A stretch of DNA of 64,000 nt, taken from contig CM007990.1 of the NCBI GenBank assembly GCA_002189035.1, forward strand, positions 4,030,001 through 4,094,000, in the 5' to 3' direction. The stretch is from Utricularia gibba. Taxonomy: Eukaryota > Plantae > Magnoliophyta. Shown here one piece after another: positions 1 through 12,900 of the stretch. Each line of letters starts with the position of its first letter. Positions within the stretch are counted from its first letter, which is position 1. Below the pieces are notes generated by a model that did not search any database, was not told where the DNA came from, and saw only the letters and a list, made by a program, of their open reading frames with translations. The position numbers and the translations under genes are program-made.

Positions 1-139
1 GTTTCTGCTAGATTCAAAACCCGTTAGTAACAACGAATGAGCTAAATCAAGGGATTTAGCTCATTTGCATATAAATTTCATATATTCACTAAATTATAAG
101 AAAATATTTAAGACTAGAAAATAAACAACTAAAACTTAA

Positions 140-480
140 TTAAAAACTTATAATTTTTATATTATAAAAATAGAAAAATTTGTGTGTTATCAAGGCTACA
201 CGTGGTTGTTTTCCCAAGATACATCTTTCAAAGCGTCTGCAAGGATTTATGAGAGTTTTGCTTACTAGGTTACTAATTCCAACTACTGATAAATGCACAG
301 CTATCTTGTGCCACACATCATACATTTTAGTACTCTTTGTTATAGTATTTAGCACTTGTGCCTCATATCTCATCTCTATTTTATATAATACAGCAACCGG
401 GTGACTTTTGACTACTATCATGGAGCCTCGTATTAACTTTCAACCCTCTACACCAGGGCCATATCGATAACCTGGAATAT
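140..480 (-). mobile_element. Degenerate Ty1/copia pol fragment (protease / GAG-pre-integrase junction)
   Basis: Minus-strand translation LDIPGYRYG..KLIRGSMIVVK...VWHKIAVHLS...FERCILGKQPRV resembles the copia LWHxRLGH...CxxCxxGKQ motif. No termini found. Confidence 0.6.
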
Positions 481-2344
481 CTAGCTCCCCTACTAGGGAT
501 ACATTCATTATCAAGAATGTTGTTACATATTGAAGACCCTTATATCTCAACTATACTGCAATTATACATATGGTCTGACATGAATTCACCATCTTTATAT
601 ACTTCAAGCTGGATATATGTTTATACAAAGTTGTTGCATGTCGTTTCCTCAATAAATTTTAAATATATAAAACGTAAAATACAAAAGAGCGTAGTACGAG
701 TATTAATCTCAGGGAGTTGAGTTTTGCAAAAAGTGTTTTATAGAAAACTTTCACAAATTGTCACGGATTTGTAAAAAAAGGTTTTTGAAGTACAAGAAAT
801 AAAAATACAACCTACGTAATGGACCTTGACTAAGGGTTACAATTTCTGGGAATAAGATTCCGCTTTCTTCTTTTGTCTATCCTCGCTTCGATTTTCATTG
901 ATTCCTTCCGAATAGCTGGTTATAGGAGTAAGGAATAGCCTACTCTCTGTTACACTCTCATTGACAAGGAGGCACGGGAATAGCCTCATGTGCTTTCCCC
1001 TTGGATGATTAAGAAGACAAGAGAATTGCCATCGATTGCCTTCAAAACCGAATTGTGCACATATGCCTAGCTGTTGCTAATGATCAATGGCTAGTACGAG
1101 GTTACTACTCGTCCACTGTCACAGTATCTCAGCCACAAACAATTTGCTATTTTCCTCGAACTAGTAGGGTTGAAGTTGGTGCTCTTCACCTTGATCTTCA
1201 TCAAGACCCGCGAAGAGTGCCTGCTGCTCATGGACTATGGCTAAGAGTCATTATAGAAAGACTGCAACAAGATGCGTGGAAGTATGAAAAATCCGAAATG
1301 AGTTCAACGAAGAACCAAGTTTAGTGCTCAAGACTTGTAAGGAAACTTCATCTACTCCTAGAAACTAAAGGGTTTTAGCCACAAAAGGGCCATGAAAATA
1401 GAAACAAAAATGAAAGTGAAGTGTTCTTCCTCCCTTGGGAGAGGAAGAACTCAAAAGTTCTAATTCTAGAAAGAAAATGTCAAAAGTCCGAAAATAAGTG
1501 ATCCAAATGGATTTTACATCACACCCCACATGCATTAACTCCTTCTGGTCCTCTTTCCATCATTCCCTCTGTCTTGCGTGCACCATCAGCTTTCCTTTGC
1601 ATGCAAGTTAGCGCTCAATCATTGCTACAGACTCTGACATGCTGTAAGAGCATCTCCATTGTTGGGCGCCCAAGTCCCATGTGGCGCACACCTCAGCTTT
1701 GTCTGTCATTATTATTGGTCCGGTCACCAATGTGATGACAATAATAAATGTCCAGAAAAAAGAAGTCCTCGGACCTTTTATTTCTGCGGACAAAAACTCA
1801 TGTTGCTCTAAACCTAATTCATTTTCTCTATCTTCCTTCCATCTTCCTTCCGCAGCTGCATCAAATTTCTTCTAAGGTAACAAATAGTTTTTAATTTCAT
1901 AAAATCTTGCCCATAAGTACTTTGAAGATGTGGGTATGGTTAATTTCTTTATTAATGCTTATTTTGGGATTATAAGTTATGTATTTGTTTTTTTAAAACC
2001 TTAAATCTAATAAAATTGATTATATTTGACTAATTTGTGTTTGTGAAGTAGTTCTATTACTATTTGAAAATCATTTATATTTTTTTACACTACTAGAATT
2101 ATTTGAACAACTAAACATGATGTAGAATTATTTTTTAGAAATCATACAATGCATTTTATTTAATTTTTTTCATTTATCATTATTTTCAAGTCAAAGCTCC
2201 TCCAATTTTATGAATGTTCGTTTATTGATCTGAATTTAATTACATGAAATTAAGTTGATTTATTTATGTGTCAGTTTGGGATATTTGATGGCATTGTTTA
2301 TGTATTTATATTGTTTATATATATTTTGCATTTTTTTCATGTAG

Positions 2345-3284
2345 GCACAATGAGTTTGATGTCAAGATGGACTTAGGGTTAAACACTTCTGTTAATTCAA
2401 TTTCTGGCAATTCTCAAAAAGCAGAATCTCTTTGAAAAGCTATAGCTTCCTTCTATTGTGATGCAATAACGATCAACACCAACAATGCAAAGTTTCAAGA
2501 TTCTGAAGCATTAAGGAAGAAATGGGGAAAGTTAAATGCAGATGTGCAGCAGTTTTCCGACATATATGATAGTATTGAATGCAGGCATCCTAGCAGTCAC
2601 AATAACAATGATTTAATTGACATGGCTTTGAAGCAATACAAGGAGGTACTTCGCAAACCTTTCGTGTATTTGGAAGCTTGGAAGATAATGCGTGATCAAC
2701 CAAAGTGGAGAACGGTAAAGTTTTTTTCTTGTATTATATCTAACTATTAATTCTAGTAACCTATTGTTTGACACTCTATAAAGGATATAGACAATACAAG
2801 AAAGAAGAAAAAGAAAGTAAACACAACATCATATTCCTCATCAGAACAATCAGCTATGGCTCCAAACATGGAAGAAAGAGAGGATTCAGAGACTCCAACT
2901 CTAGAGCATCCCATTAGTCAAAAGAGTGCTAAAAAACGTCTACTTTGAGGTAGTTCTTCGGGAGGTATTTATGAAGAGAAAAGAGCTGCAGTGGAACTTT
3001 TGACTGACAAATTAGATGGATGTAGATTGGAGATGGCAAGATACAATGGCCTATTTCAACAACATATATCTGTTAACAATGCACAGGTTTTAGTCAACTC
3101 CGCACATGAGTTGAGACTACTGATCAATATGGATATGTCAAAGATGAATGACTTTCAGAAGAAGTTGTACACTGAGGCATGTAGTCATGCATTATCTGGT
3201 ATGACTGCTTCAGGTTCTATTCCTTATAAGCCTTCATCAAACACTGAGACTCGACCTGCAAATCTGCCTAGATCGACATCCTAG
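2345..3284 (+). pseudogene. Harbinger ORF1 (Myb-like / NAM-associated protein), premature stops
   Basis: SGNSQKAESL*KAIA...KKWGKLNADVQQFSDIY...KPFVYLEAWKIMRDQPKW, then after an intron HPISQKSAKKR. TGA at 2433 where W is expected and another near 2946. Confidence 0.75.
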
Positions 3285-3492
3285 GACAACTTCCAGGAGC
3301 CACTTGTTGATTTTAGTGATGACTTAAATCTTTTGTGATTTCTCGGATTTTAATTATTGTTGTTTATAACTTTTATGACTTTAATAGTATTGTAGTGAGA
3401 TTTGGATTGTGAACTACTATTTTTAATCATTTACATGTTTTTTAGGAGTGATACAAATAAGATTACCATAGCATATAACCTAAAAGACTTCT

Positions 3493-3649
3493 ACCTACCA
3501 TGTTTAACAAATCTATCAAAGTAACACACTAACTAAAATAATTCTACCTACCATACCTACCAAAGTAATGCACCAAACGAAAGTTCTCTACCTACCACAC
3601 CTACCAAATTAGTGCACCAACCGAAAGTCCTCTACCAACCACACCTACC
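3493..3649 (+). repeat. Array of ACCTACC/ACCAACC motifs within ~44-bp tandem units
   Basis: ACCTACC at 3493, 3546, 3555, 3590, 3599 and 3643, and ACCAACC at 3634. Confidence 0.85.
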
Positions 3650-3672
3650 ACAATATTTTCAATCCATATTAA

Positions 3673-3674
<2 letters not shown>

Positions 3675-3712
<38 letters not shown>
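3675..3712. repeat. (TA)n microsatellite, about 19 units
   Basis: Seen directly, 25 bp upstream of the transposase ATG. Confidence 0.95.
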
Positions 3713-3714
<2 letters not shown>

Positions 3715-3736
3715 ATAGCACGAAAGTTCTTTCACA

Positions 3737-6700
3737 ATGAATCCTCACAACTTTGATAATATTCCATTCCCAAATGTTCATTTCGATCCGAATGATATTC
3801 CATTCTTTATGCCTAGCCATAGTGATGTTATCATTGATGCTGTTGAAGCTGTTGTTGATTTATTGGAAGATGAACCAAATCTGTTGATGGACGTTGAAAT
3901 GGGATACTAAATGTCGTGGTCTACCACATTCAACGCATCAAAAGAAATTTATAAACCTAGCTATTCTATTACAAAAATCACGGGAATTAATGGAGTGTGG
4001 CAAGCAAGGGTCGAATCCATAGAGAATGGTTGTAATTTCCTGAAGATTAACACATTTACTGGAAACAGGGGGTTTTCTGAGGGTTTAGTTCTAATGCGAG
4101 TAAGATCTAAAATAACAGTGACTGAAATAAACGAGTTGCAGGGGTGAAAAGGTACTGAAATTAACTTGAAGGTGCAGAAAACATAAAATAAAAATAATTT
4201 GGCTGTGTTTTACACCAGGGTCTTGCTCTTATATCACTCAAGAAAGTCCTTAGGCTGAAACCCAGCTTGGAATACTTAAAACAGAGTAATAGTTTGCGGA
4301 AACAGAGCATGGTTTGCAGGAACAATAAAAGCGCGTTAAACTTAAAGGCAAACATGAAAGGCTTAGTCAAGAACATGATTAAACGCAGAAATAAGGTCTA
4401 CAGAGGATTTATCATTCACGACAAGGTGCAAGAACATAACAGAAAGCATGTAAACGTTGAAGGAAACAACAACTAGTTGTTAACGAAATAGAAGTGCAGA
4501 AAATAGAAAATGAAGTGTCTAGCGGTTGCTCTCGGTCGTAGATCTGCTGGAAATCAATTTTCTGGGCGGAAAGACGGTGTAAACACGCCGATTTGAAGGT
4601 CGCCGGAGACTTTCGTCGGAGAAACAACGTTCTCCTTGTTCCCGCTCGCTCCTGTTTGCTGTCTGTGCACTCTGCGTGCACAGTGTACTCTCTTCTTCTC
4701 TCCCTTCCTTTTTCCCTTTTGCTCTCAAAAGTAAGGGTAGTTTGGTCTTTTTCCTCTAGCTTCTAGAAGGGAGATCTCTGCTCCAAATCTTATCTTTTCA
4801 GAAGGTCGGCTACTTTCGGCGGAAAGTGACTTTTGTACAACTTTTCTATCTCCTTTGACTTGTCAACGCGGAAAGTGCGCTGCTACAATACTATCTCTTA
4901 CCCTGATAAGACTTAAAACACAGACTAGACGAAATATTAGAGTTTTCAGCCCAATTGTTGCCAATTGATCCTGTTTTCACAATAAACACATTCTAACAGA
5001 CTAAATACGCAAAAGAAGACAATTTAGCACACTAATTAACATTTATCCCCACAAAACATACTTAAAAACATATATAAAAACACAACAAAAACGGTGTTAT
5101 CACACTATCCTACAACTACTCTAGATTTGTCCTCAAGTCTAAAACAGAAAATAAAACAAAAAATCTAAAATTGAGTCTGCTGAGGCAAAGAAAAGGTTTC
5201 GATTCTTGCTATCCATGCAAAGAGTGAAGAGAAGGGGTGGCAAGTGCGGGTAAGAGTAGTTTCACTCAAGCCCAGATAGTAGAGGTTACTCGCATGCTTC
5301 AAGTGTTCAAAAATGACATCCGCATAAGTACAAACTTGATCTTAACAGGCAATAGCATACTAACAGTGACATGTATGAGTCTTACCGTGCAAGACACATA
5401 CGATGTATAACAAAGATGGTGGCTGAAAATGAAAATGATGTACATGGAGGTACTAAACAAAAGCATAGAAACTTGAGAACTCTTCCACTACGACTTAGTC
5501 ATATTCCCCTCCCTTTGTTCATCCTTATTTCTCCCAAAGTGGTTGGCCAGACCACTGAATATGTTCAGGGAAAATGATGAGTTCATAGTATCTAAGCCTC
5601 AAGCTCTTATTTTCTACAAGATATATATTTTCTACAGCACGGCTTTTCTGGTGTGCCCGCCTTTTGTACCTCTCTGCCTCTTTTTTTTTTCTTTACATAT
5701 AGCTCGGCTTTTTTAGATTTGGGCTTGCCTTTTATCATTGAAAATTTTTTTATGTGCATCAGCCACGATCTATGTGTCTAACTCAGCACTCCTCAAACAT
5801 CCACATACTAGCAGGCCACGTACAAGCTATTCACAAGAAAGTCCTAGTGCAGATAGAGCAAAACACAGGTCGCATGCATGCACTTTTCTACAAAATCTGG
5901 CTACCCTCATATAAGTCTTACGCAAGTAAGAACAAAAAAAAAGACTGAGTCCTCACAGAAGCGAAGGGGTAGGTGATAACGCATATTTTTGAGTAGCTCA
6001 ATGCATAGAATTTACTCATTTTACGCTATGAAAATTAAGTTTTATTGCCTAGTTTCGTATTTTTGCGCATAAGCACCATAATTTTGTTATTTTAGTTTTA
6101 GTTGGGACTAAATCTGTGATTTATTGAGCCTGTTTTCACAATAAACACATTCTAACAGACTAAATACGCAAAAGAAGACAATTTAGCACACTAATTAACA
6201 TTTATCCTCACAAAACATACTTAAAAACATATATAAAAACACAACAAAAACGGTGTTATTATCCGTCTCGAAGGCAAACAGGAAAGCGTGCATATATTGA
6301 TCATGATCGTGAGATTGGCAACACTCGTTTGGTAGCAGATTTTTTCTCTATTAATGCTACATACACTGATCAAATGTTTCGTCGTCGTTTCAGAATGCGT
6401 CGTAGTTTGTTTGAGCGTATTATGTGCAGTGTTCGAGAAGTAGATCCATATTTACAAGAAAGCATTGATACAACAGGCAGTGTCTCATTAACCACAATGC
6501 AAAAGTGCACTGCTGCTATGCGAATGATGGTTTATGGATATGGTGCTGACGCTTGTGATGAATATCTTCGAATTGGTGAGTCTGCTACCCTCAAATGCTT
6601 AAGATCTTTTGTATCTACAATTCGTATTGTATTCGAGACAGAATATATGAGGCGTCCCAATTCAAGTGATATTCAAAAATTGCTTTTATGGGGAGAGGAA

Positions 6701-7426
6701 AGAGGATTCCCAGGCATGCTCGGAAGTATAGATTGCATGCATTGGGAGTGGAAGAATTGCCCAGTGGCTTGTAAAGGTCAATAGAGTCGTGGGCATGGTT
6801 CGTCTACTGTTATCCTAAAGGGTGTAGCCTCAAAGGATACTTGGATATGGCATTCTTTCTTTGGAACTCCTGGTTCTAATAATCATCTTAATGTGTTGTC
6901 TCATTCACCTTTATTCAATGATTTGCATCGAGGTATTGCCCCTCCGGTCGAATACTTTGTGAATGGGAAGAAATATGACATGGGATATTATTTAGCTGAT
7001 GGTATTTATCCTGAATGGCCTGTTTTCATGAAGATTATCACTCTTCCACAAAATCCGAAAACAAGGTAATTTGCTGCTACTCAAGAAAGTGCAAGGAAGG
7101 ATGTAGAAAGAGCATTTAGAGTGCTTCAAGCAAGATTTGGGATCATTTACTCACCAGCTCGAGTATGGGATCATCAAACGCTTATCGATATTATGTATGC
7201 GGCAATAATTTTACACAATATGATAGTGGAAGATGAAGGTGATGAGGATCAGCCAAGCCCTAAAGATTATGATCAAGTTAATATTGGACAACTGCTCAAT
7301 CTTATGGGACAAAATATTCAAGTTTTTGAAGATTATCTTGGTAGAGTTATAAAATCCAGAGAAAAAATGTTACACAGACAACTCAAGGCGGACTTGATCG
7401 ATCACATTTGGGCTAAGTTTGGTTAA
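3737..7426 (+). pseudogene. Harbinger DDE transposase interrupted by an LTR element
   Basis: N-terminus MNPHNFD...DEPNL at 3737-3884 continues in frame at 6267 (SRRQTGKRAYIDHDRE...FRRRFRMRRSLF...GFPGMLGSIDCMHWEWKNCP...YYLADGIYPEW...RKDVERAF.VLQARF). In-frame stops at about 6782 and 7067. Confidence 0.9.
3885..6261 (-). mobile_element. Internally deleted LTR retroelement (probably Ty3/gypsy, Athila/Tat-like) nested in the transposase
   Basis: Complete LTR at 3885-5102 (minus strand TGATAAC...CATCA). CTTGAGGACAA motif next to it at ~5125-5135. Remnant of the other LTR at 6129-6261 has 2 mismatches in 133 bp versus 4970-5102. TSD TCTGT/TCCGT at 3880-3884 and 6262-6266. Superfamily is inferred from LTR style only. 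Confidence 0.8.
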
Positions 7427-7801
7427 TTTAAAGTATCTCATATTAAGTTGTTTCTTCATATTAAGTTGTTTCTCATATTATGTTGTATAGTTATTGTATT
7501 TTTAAGTAATAAATAATGAATTTAAATAATATAAAAATGGATAAATGTTAAGTATTCAATAATCAAATGTGCGGACACCAATGTGAAAAAGGATGGAAAG
7601 ATGATGTGTAATATTTAATATTAAATTTTAATTAAAATAAATGTGATGTGGAAGATAGAGAATATGATATTTAAAAAAAATTAATTGCTTTAGGCGGACA
7701 GGGATGTGGATGCTTTAAGTAAAGGGTCTTGACTAGTGTTATTCTTCCACCCACAATTATTCCAAATCGCGTGCAAGACATGAAAAGTCAAAGTCTAACC
7801 T

Positions 7802-7888
7802 CCTGCAACAGACTGCCTCTTGACATGTTTCAATCAAAGTGTACCCCTGCAACAGATTGCCTCCTGACATGTTTCAATCAAAGTGCAC
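7802..7888. repeat. Two-copy ~44-bp tandem duplication
   Basis: cctgcaacagactgcctcttgacatgtttcaatcaaagtgtac followed by cctgcaacagattgcctcctgacatgtttcaatcaaagtgcac. Confidence 0.85.
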
Positions 7889-10874
7889 GAAAAAAGACAA
7901 AAAAAATATATACAAAATAAAAAAAGAGGAATTTTCTAATAAAATCAAATACTTAACAATAAGACACCTAATTTTAACGATTTAATACTAGATTAACACA
8001 TAATAATACCTAATAAACAACTAGAAAATGACACTTAACATATTCAACTTGTTCAATATGTTATCTGTTCGAAACATCTCTTCCAAAGTTTATCATAATA
8101 GCTATGCATCTTCAAATTCAATGATACTATGAGATAAACAATTGTTTATACACAGGTTCATAATAACCAACAATCTATACTACTTCTAGAAATGCAGGGA
8201 TTAGAGAAGCTTACGAACCTATGAGAAGCATATGCACTAGCCTATAGGAATATAGGGACCTGAAAACTTCTTTATATCAGTGACTAGATGTTCCTAATAC
8301 CTAAGAAGATTTTTTTTTCTTAAGAAGATTTATTGTGCTCAAGAAAGACTTGTGACCACAAATTGGCATTGCATTTCACTTGAGTGCCTTGAAGCATTAG
8401 TCACCTTTAATGCAAGGCCTGAATATTGTAAAATCATAGAAACAAAAGAAGAAAACAAATTGAAACAATAAGTCACAGCTTTTAGTTAGGTAAAACCTAC
8501 AATATAGGAAATCTCTTAAGTTTGGAATACCCTTACAAAAATCGTAACTCACACAATATACATCAAAGAATTACTCAACCAATTAATTTTCGCGAAGCGC
8601 ATGTGTAACTCTCTCTACATGCTCTCTATAGTCAATCTTCTGCTTTATGCTATAAACATCCCAAATTTTTAGTAATTGCTAGGCACCATCTAACTAAGAC
8701 AAAAAAATGTATGCAGTCCACATTTTTATATACACCCAAACTGATTAACTTTTTAGGAAATCCAAATGGGAAAACCTCTAACCAAAAAGACAATTTCTAA
8801 TAAATAGCAGCTCATAGAATCCAATCATCAGGAAAAAAGAAAAAATCCACAGTTCAAGCAACACTACAACATTTTCGCAGATACAATGTGAAATTGGAAG
8901 GAGCTCGGCTGAAAACAACTGTAATAATATACAAATAGATTATTTCCACTTCAATCTCATATGGACACCCAAATCTGATCACTGATTTCTGGATTGAGGA
9001 TAATCTAAGATATGAATATATTAAAATTACATTGGTAATACTAGATTTTCATTAATTACTAAATAATATTTAGAATCAAAATAGATAATCTAAGATATTT
9101 CAAAAATAAAATGTCAAAGTAGTTGATGATGAGAGGTTTATTGAATCGCCAAATATGGTTTGAATAACCATTCATATATATATATATGTATTTCATTTCG
9201 TTTATTTTGTATTCTACAAATCAATTACAAGAAGTCTTTTGATTTTTTACATAGAATATCTATGCAAATGTTTTCTTCTAAAAACTTTTTTTCTTCTAAC
9301 ATCTAAAATATACCAGCACAACGTCAAGGTGGCGATCTTCTGAATTTGCTTTGCTCATAATGTGTTGGTGTTCAATGCAAGATTTATTATTAACATCTTC
9401 AACCCCTAGCACAACTGAGGTACTTTCCCACTAAGATCATAACTTGGTCACTATCTTTTAACATATTCATATTAGAAAAGAGATACTCTAATGTTTCTAA
9501 GAAATTTTCTGCATAGATATCACAAGAATGTGAAAATGAAACTTTGTACCATCTTTTGAACTAAAATAAAAAAAAAGCGTGTTTGGTAGGATAACTTAAT
9601 TGATAACATTAATGAATTATTTCTATTACTCAATAAATATGCATCCTATAATTAAAGTTGAATATATGTTACTTTAAATAAATAAATATATATATATATA
9701 ATATTATGTGCTTAGATATGTATTTTTAAAATAAACTAATATCAAAAATAGATTATAGCCTTTATTCTTATTACTTATTGATTTTCAATGTGACATGTCA
9801 CTCAATTCACTGTTACTCGAATAAATCTACAAAGAAGTAGTGAACTAAAAAATGACGGGTATGATTTGCACACATTCTTCATTTTACAATCTCATTTTAT
9901 TAAGAATGAGAAAGATATTGTTTCTACATGTAATTCTTAAGAATAAGAATTTAAATTGTATAAGAATGAAAAATGAAAAATTATTTTGTTCTATTTTTTT
10001 TTTTACATTCTCATTGTGTAAAATGAGAATGCAATAGAAAAATGTATACAAAACAAGTACCGCATAAATCTGTTAATGTCGAAACAAAAATAAAAGAAAA
10101 AATTGAAAAAAAAAGTTAAATCATGATTCATTTGAAACATTCACCTGAAAAAAGTAATTTTTAAATAACTCATGCGCTTTATAATATACTCAAAAACACT
10201 CTATTCAGATAAATATTATCATCAACAAACACGTATTCAAATATGTAAATATGTCTATGAAATGCGTTACTCCTCTCTTTAATTTCTGCAACTTGGGCCT
10301 ATTGTTTAACCTTTCCAACTGAGCTTATCAAGGCCCAAAACCAGTGATACTGAATCGGGCTAAAAAGCCCAGTAACGACGTCCACTGGAATTGTGATTCT
10401 ACCCCTCCAACTCCATTCTTGAAGATTGGGTCAGAAAAACAAATAAAAATGAGTATTTTCAGAATCATGTATTTTTCATGTGTAATCTTTTAATCATGTT
10501 TTTCATAACTTTCTTCTATTATAATATATAATAAATACATATATCAAATACTATAATATTATTAATATATTTATAAAATTTATCTAGTACATATAATTTA
10601 AATTTAAATATATAATGTGTTTATCTAAATGCAAATAATGTGTACACCACAGGTCCACAATACCCTTACATTAATATTAGTAATAAAATCAATACAAAAT
10701 GCCAATAATTTTCAAAAGCCTCCACTAAATCATATTCTGAGTATCAAGCACAGGATTATTGAATATTCCGTTTAATGTAATCCGAATTCATGAGGTTCTG
10801 TGGATTCCAATTATGAGTTGGATGGATGTATAAGAAGAGGGCACCCGCACCGAGCAGGATGACTCCAGACGGCA

Positions 10875-11330
10875 ATGGGCAACAGCTCTCTAAGCAGCGT
10901 ACTGCTTCTGCTTCTTCTTCTTCTGATGAACTGCAGCCATCTTGAAGCAGAATGCGATTGGAGTGCTAGAATCACAATGTACGTCATTCGCGACGCTACT
11001 ACAGATCCCACTCTGATGAAGGTGCATTGCTTCTCCGGTAATGATGATCTTGGTCAAGCTACGCTCGTGAATCCCGGCGACAACATGAAGTGGAGTTTCT
11101 GCCTGAACTTCCTGCCCAGAGCGGATTACTTCTGTCACATATTGTGGGGACCCAAGGAAAAAGGGTTTACAGCATTTAAAGAGAAGTTGCTGGACAACAA
11201 TCCTCTTAACCTTTGGGTAGCCAGAGATGATGGGATATATTTAGCTCACAAGATTCCATATAATCCATATACGGATGCAAAGAAGATGTTTGATTGGGAC
11301 GAACGAGCCCCACTTGGGGTTGAAAACTAG
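10875..11330 (+). CDS. S-protein homologue (plant self-incompatibility S1 / SPH family) secreted protein, 151 aa
   Basis: Intronless ORF with a Leu-rich signal peptide and family motifs KVHCFSGNDDLG, WSFCLN, YFCHILW, WVARDDGIY and a C-terminal FDW. Confidence 0.9.
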   Translation: MGNSSLSSVLLLLLLLLMNCSHLEAECDWSARITMYVIRDATTDPTLMKVHCFSGNDDLGQATLVNPGDNMKWSFCLNFLPRADYFCHILWGPKEKGFTAFKEKLLDNNPLNLWVARDDGIYLAHKIPYNPYTDAKKMFDWDERAPLGVEN

Positions 11331-12483
11331 TGGAGGAAGCATCGGATAATAAGGCTATTGGTGATTGTTATTGCATTATTTCTCAGTTTTTTTAAAATAA
11401 ATGGTATTAATAATTAATTACATCAAAAGAGTAATTTTTGCTTATATTCGATTCGCACTCCTGCAATTCAAACTTTCGAATAAGAGTTAATTCATATAGG
11501 TATTGAAAATGATTTTCGATAGAATCATTTTTATTAAATGTTTTAGGTCAACCGTCTTATATTATTTCATATATCTATAAGGTTTCACAGTGATTACATG
11601 CATGTTTATAAACAAAAACTTTGTATACAAATGAAATAAAACTTCAAATCAAATGTAAAAAAATATAATAAAAAAACAACACATTTTAATACAAGATCAA
11701 CTAGGGTTTCAAACCCTAAGATCAAGTACAGATTTGTATTCAGATTTCAGTTAAAAAAATATTTAAATGATTGCACCCACTAGGCTAACCCTATCCCAAT
11801 TTTTTAATATTTTTTAAAATTAATTCTTTATTTTAAAAAATAATAAAATAATTGTAGTATGCAAGGATGAAATGCTAAACTGAGATCGCATATAACCAAC
11901 TATGGCTAACCCTATCCTAATATATGTTGTATTGTGTATTAAAGAGGTCTTTTGATAATAGTATATTTTAGTATAGTATAATTGAGTATATATATATATT
12001 TAATTGTATATAACGTTTAATATCCAATAATAGAAATATGAATATGTAAATAATATAGATATAATTAGTCTCGTCTCCATTTGTGTATATCCCATATATA
12101 CTCAAAAAATGAGTATACTAATGTTATAACCATACAAGTTTAGTATATATATACTAATTAATCAAATAATGATATATATATACATATAAACTTGGATGTA
12201 TATGTTATATATTCAACTATCAAACACTCTCACTATTATATATGTAATACATATTTGACACTAGGAGTGACCAAACACGTAATCGGGTGATTCAAACTAT
12301 AAATTCGTAAACTGTGTTTATTTTAAATTATATAATTAAAACTTAAAACAAATTAAGCATGTAGTCAATGTGAAGATCTGGAAAGAAAAATATCATTAAT
12401 CATCAGCATCGCATGCCCACCGGATTTTATTTGTTCATCATGATCAGAATCCTGGTAGAAACTGCAATCGAAGACCATGTTTG

Positions 12484-12900
12484 TTACTCCCAATCAAACA
12501 CCTTTTGGGCATTATCATATGAGGTGGAATGGGACAAGTAAATTCCATCATCCCTTGCAACCCAAACGTGAACGCTCCAGTTATCAAACAGGTGCTGATT
12601 GAACGCAGCAAACCCCTTGTTCTTGTTTTCCCACCACAAATGACAGTAGAATTTTGTAGTGGGAATGACATTCATGCAGAAACGCCAGTTGAAGAAACTC
12701 TCGTCTTTCACTAGTAGATGGTACCCCAAATCGTCCTCCTTAGAAAAGCAGTGCACCTTCAACGGCCCCGACGTAGGGGAAACCTTGCGGACGACGAAGA
12801 CATTGAGCTTAGAGGAAGTCAAGCAGGCTTGAAGGGTGGTGCATTGTGTGACAACAACAAGAAGAAGGAACCAGGCAATGAAGAGGGGATTACTTTTCAT
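12484..12900 (-). CDS. S-protein homologue (SPH family) secreted protein, 138 aa
   Basis: Likely start is MKSNPLFIAWFLLLVVV (ATG at 12900), not the upstream 13014 start. Motifs KVHCFSKEDDLG, WRFCMN, TKFYCHLWW, WVARDDGIY, VFDWE. Confidence 0.9.
   Translation of the reverse strand: MKSNPLFIAWFLLLVVVTQCTTLQACLTSSKLNVFVVRKVSPTSGPLKVHCFSKEDDLGYHLLVKDESFFNWRFCMNVIPTTKFYCHLWWENKNKGFAAFNQHLFDNWSVHVWVARDDGIYLSHSTSYDNAQKVFDWE

Larger units (their letters stand above)
1648..7715 (+). mobile_element. PIF/Harbinger DNA transposon, full length but defective
   Basis: Left TIR GAGCATCTCCA at 1648 preceded by TAA (1645-1647). Right end TGTGGATGCTT at 7705-7715 followed by TAA (7716-7718). Contains a Myb-like ORF1 and a DDE transposase in the same orientation. 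Confidence 0.85.

Noticed and set aside
700-1500. LTR-like sequence and the 89-aa ORF at 1055-1324
   Set aside because: No termini, PBS, TSD or protein motif identified.
8000-10400. Possible gene remnant on the minus strand with site-II motifs at ~10320-10370
   Set aside because: No exon chain or recognisable peptide could be assembled. One weak gag-like stretch near 8040-8140 is too short to call.
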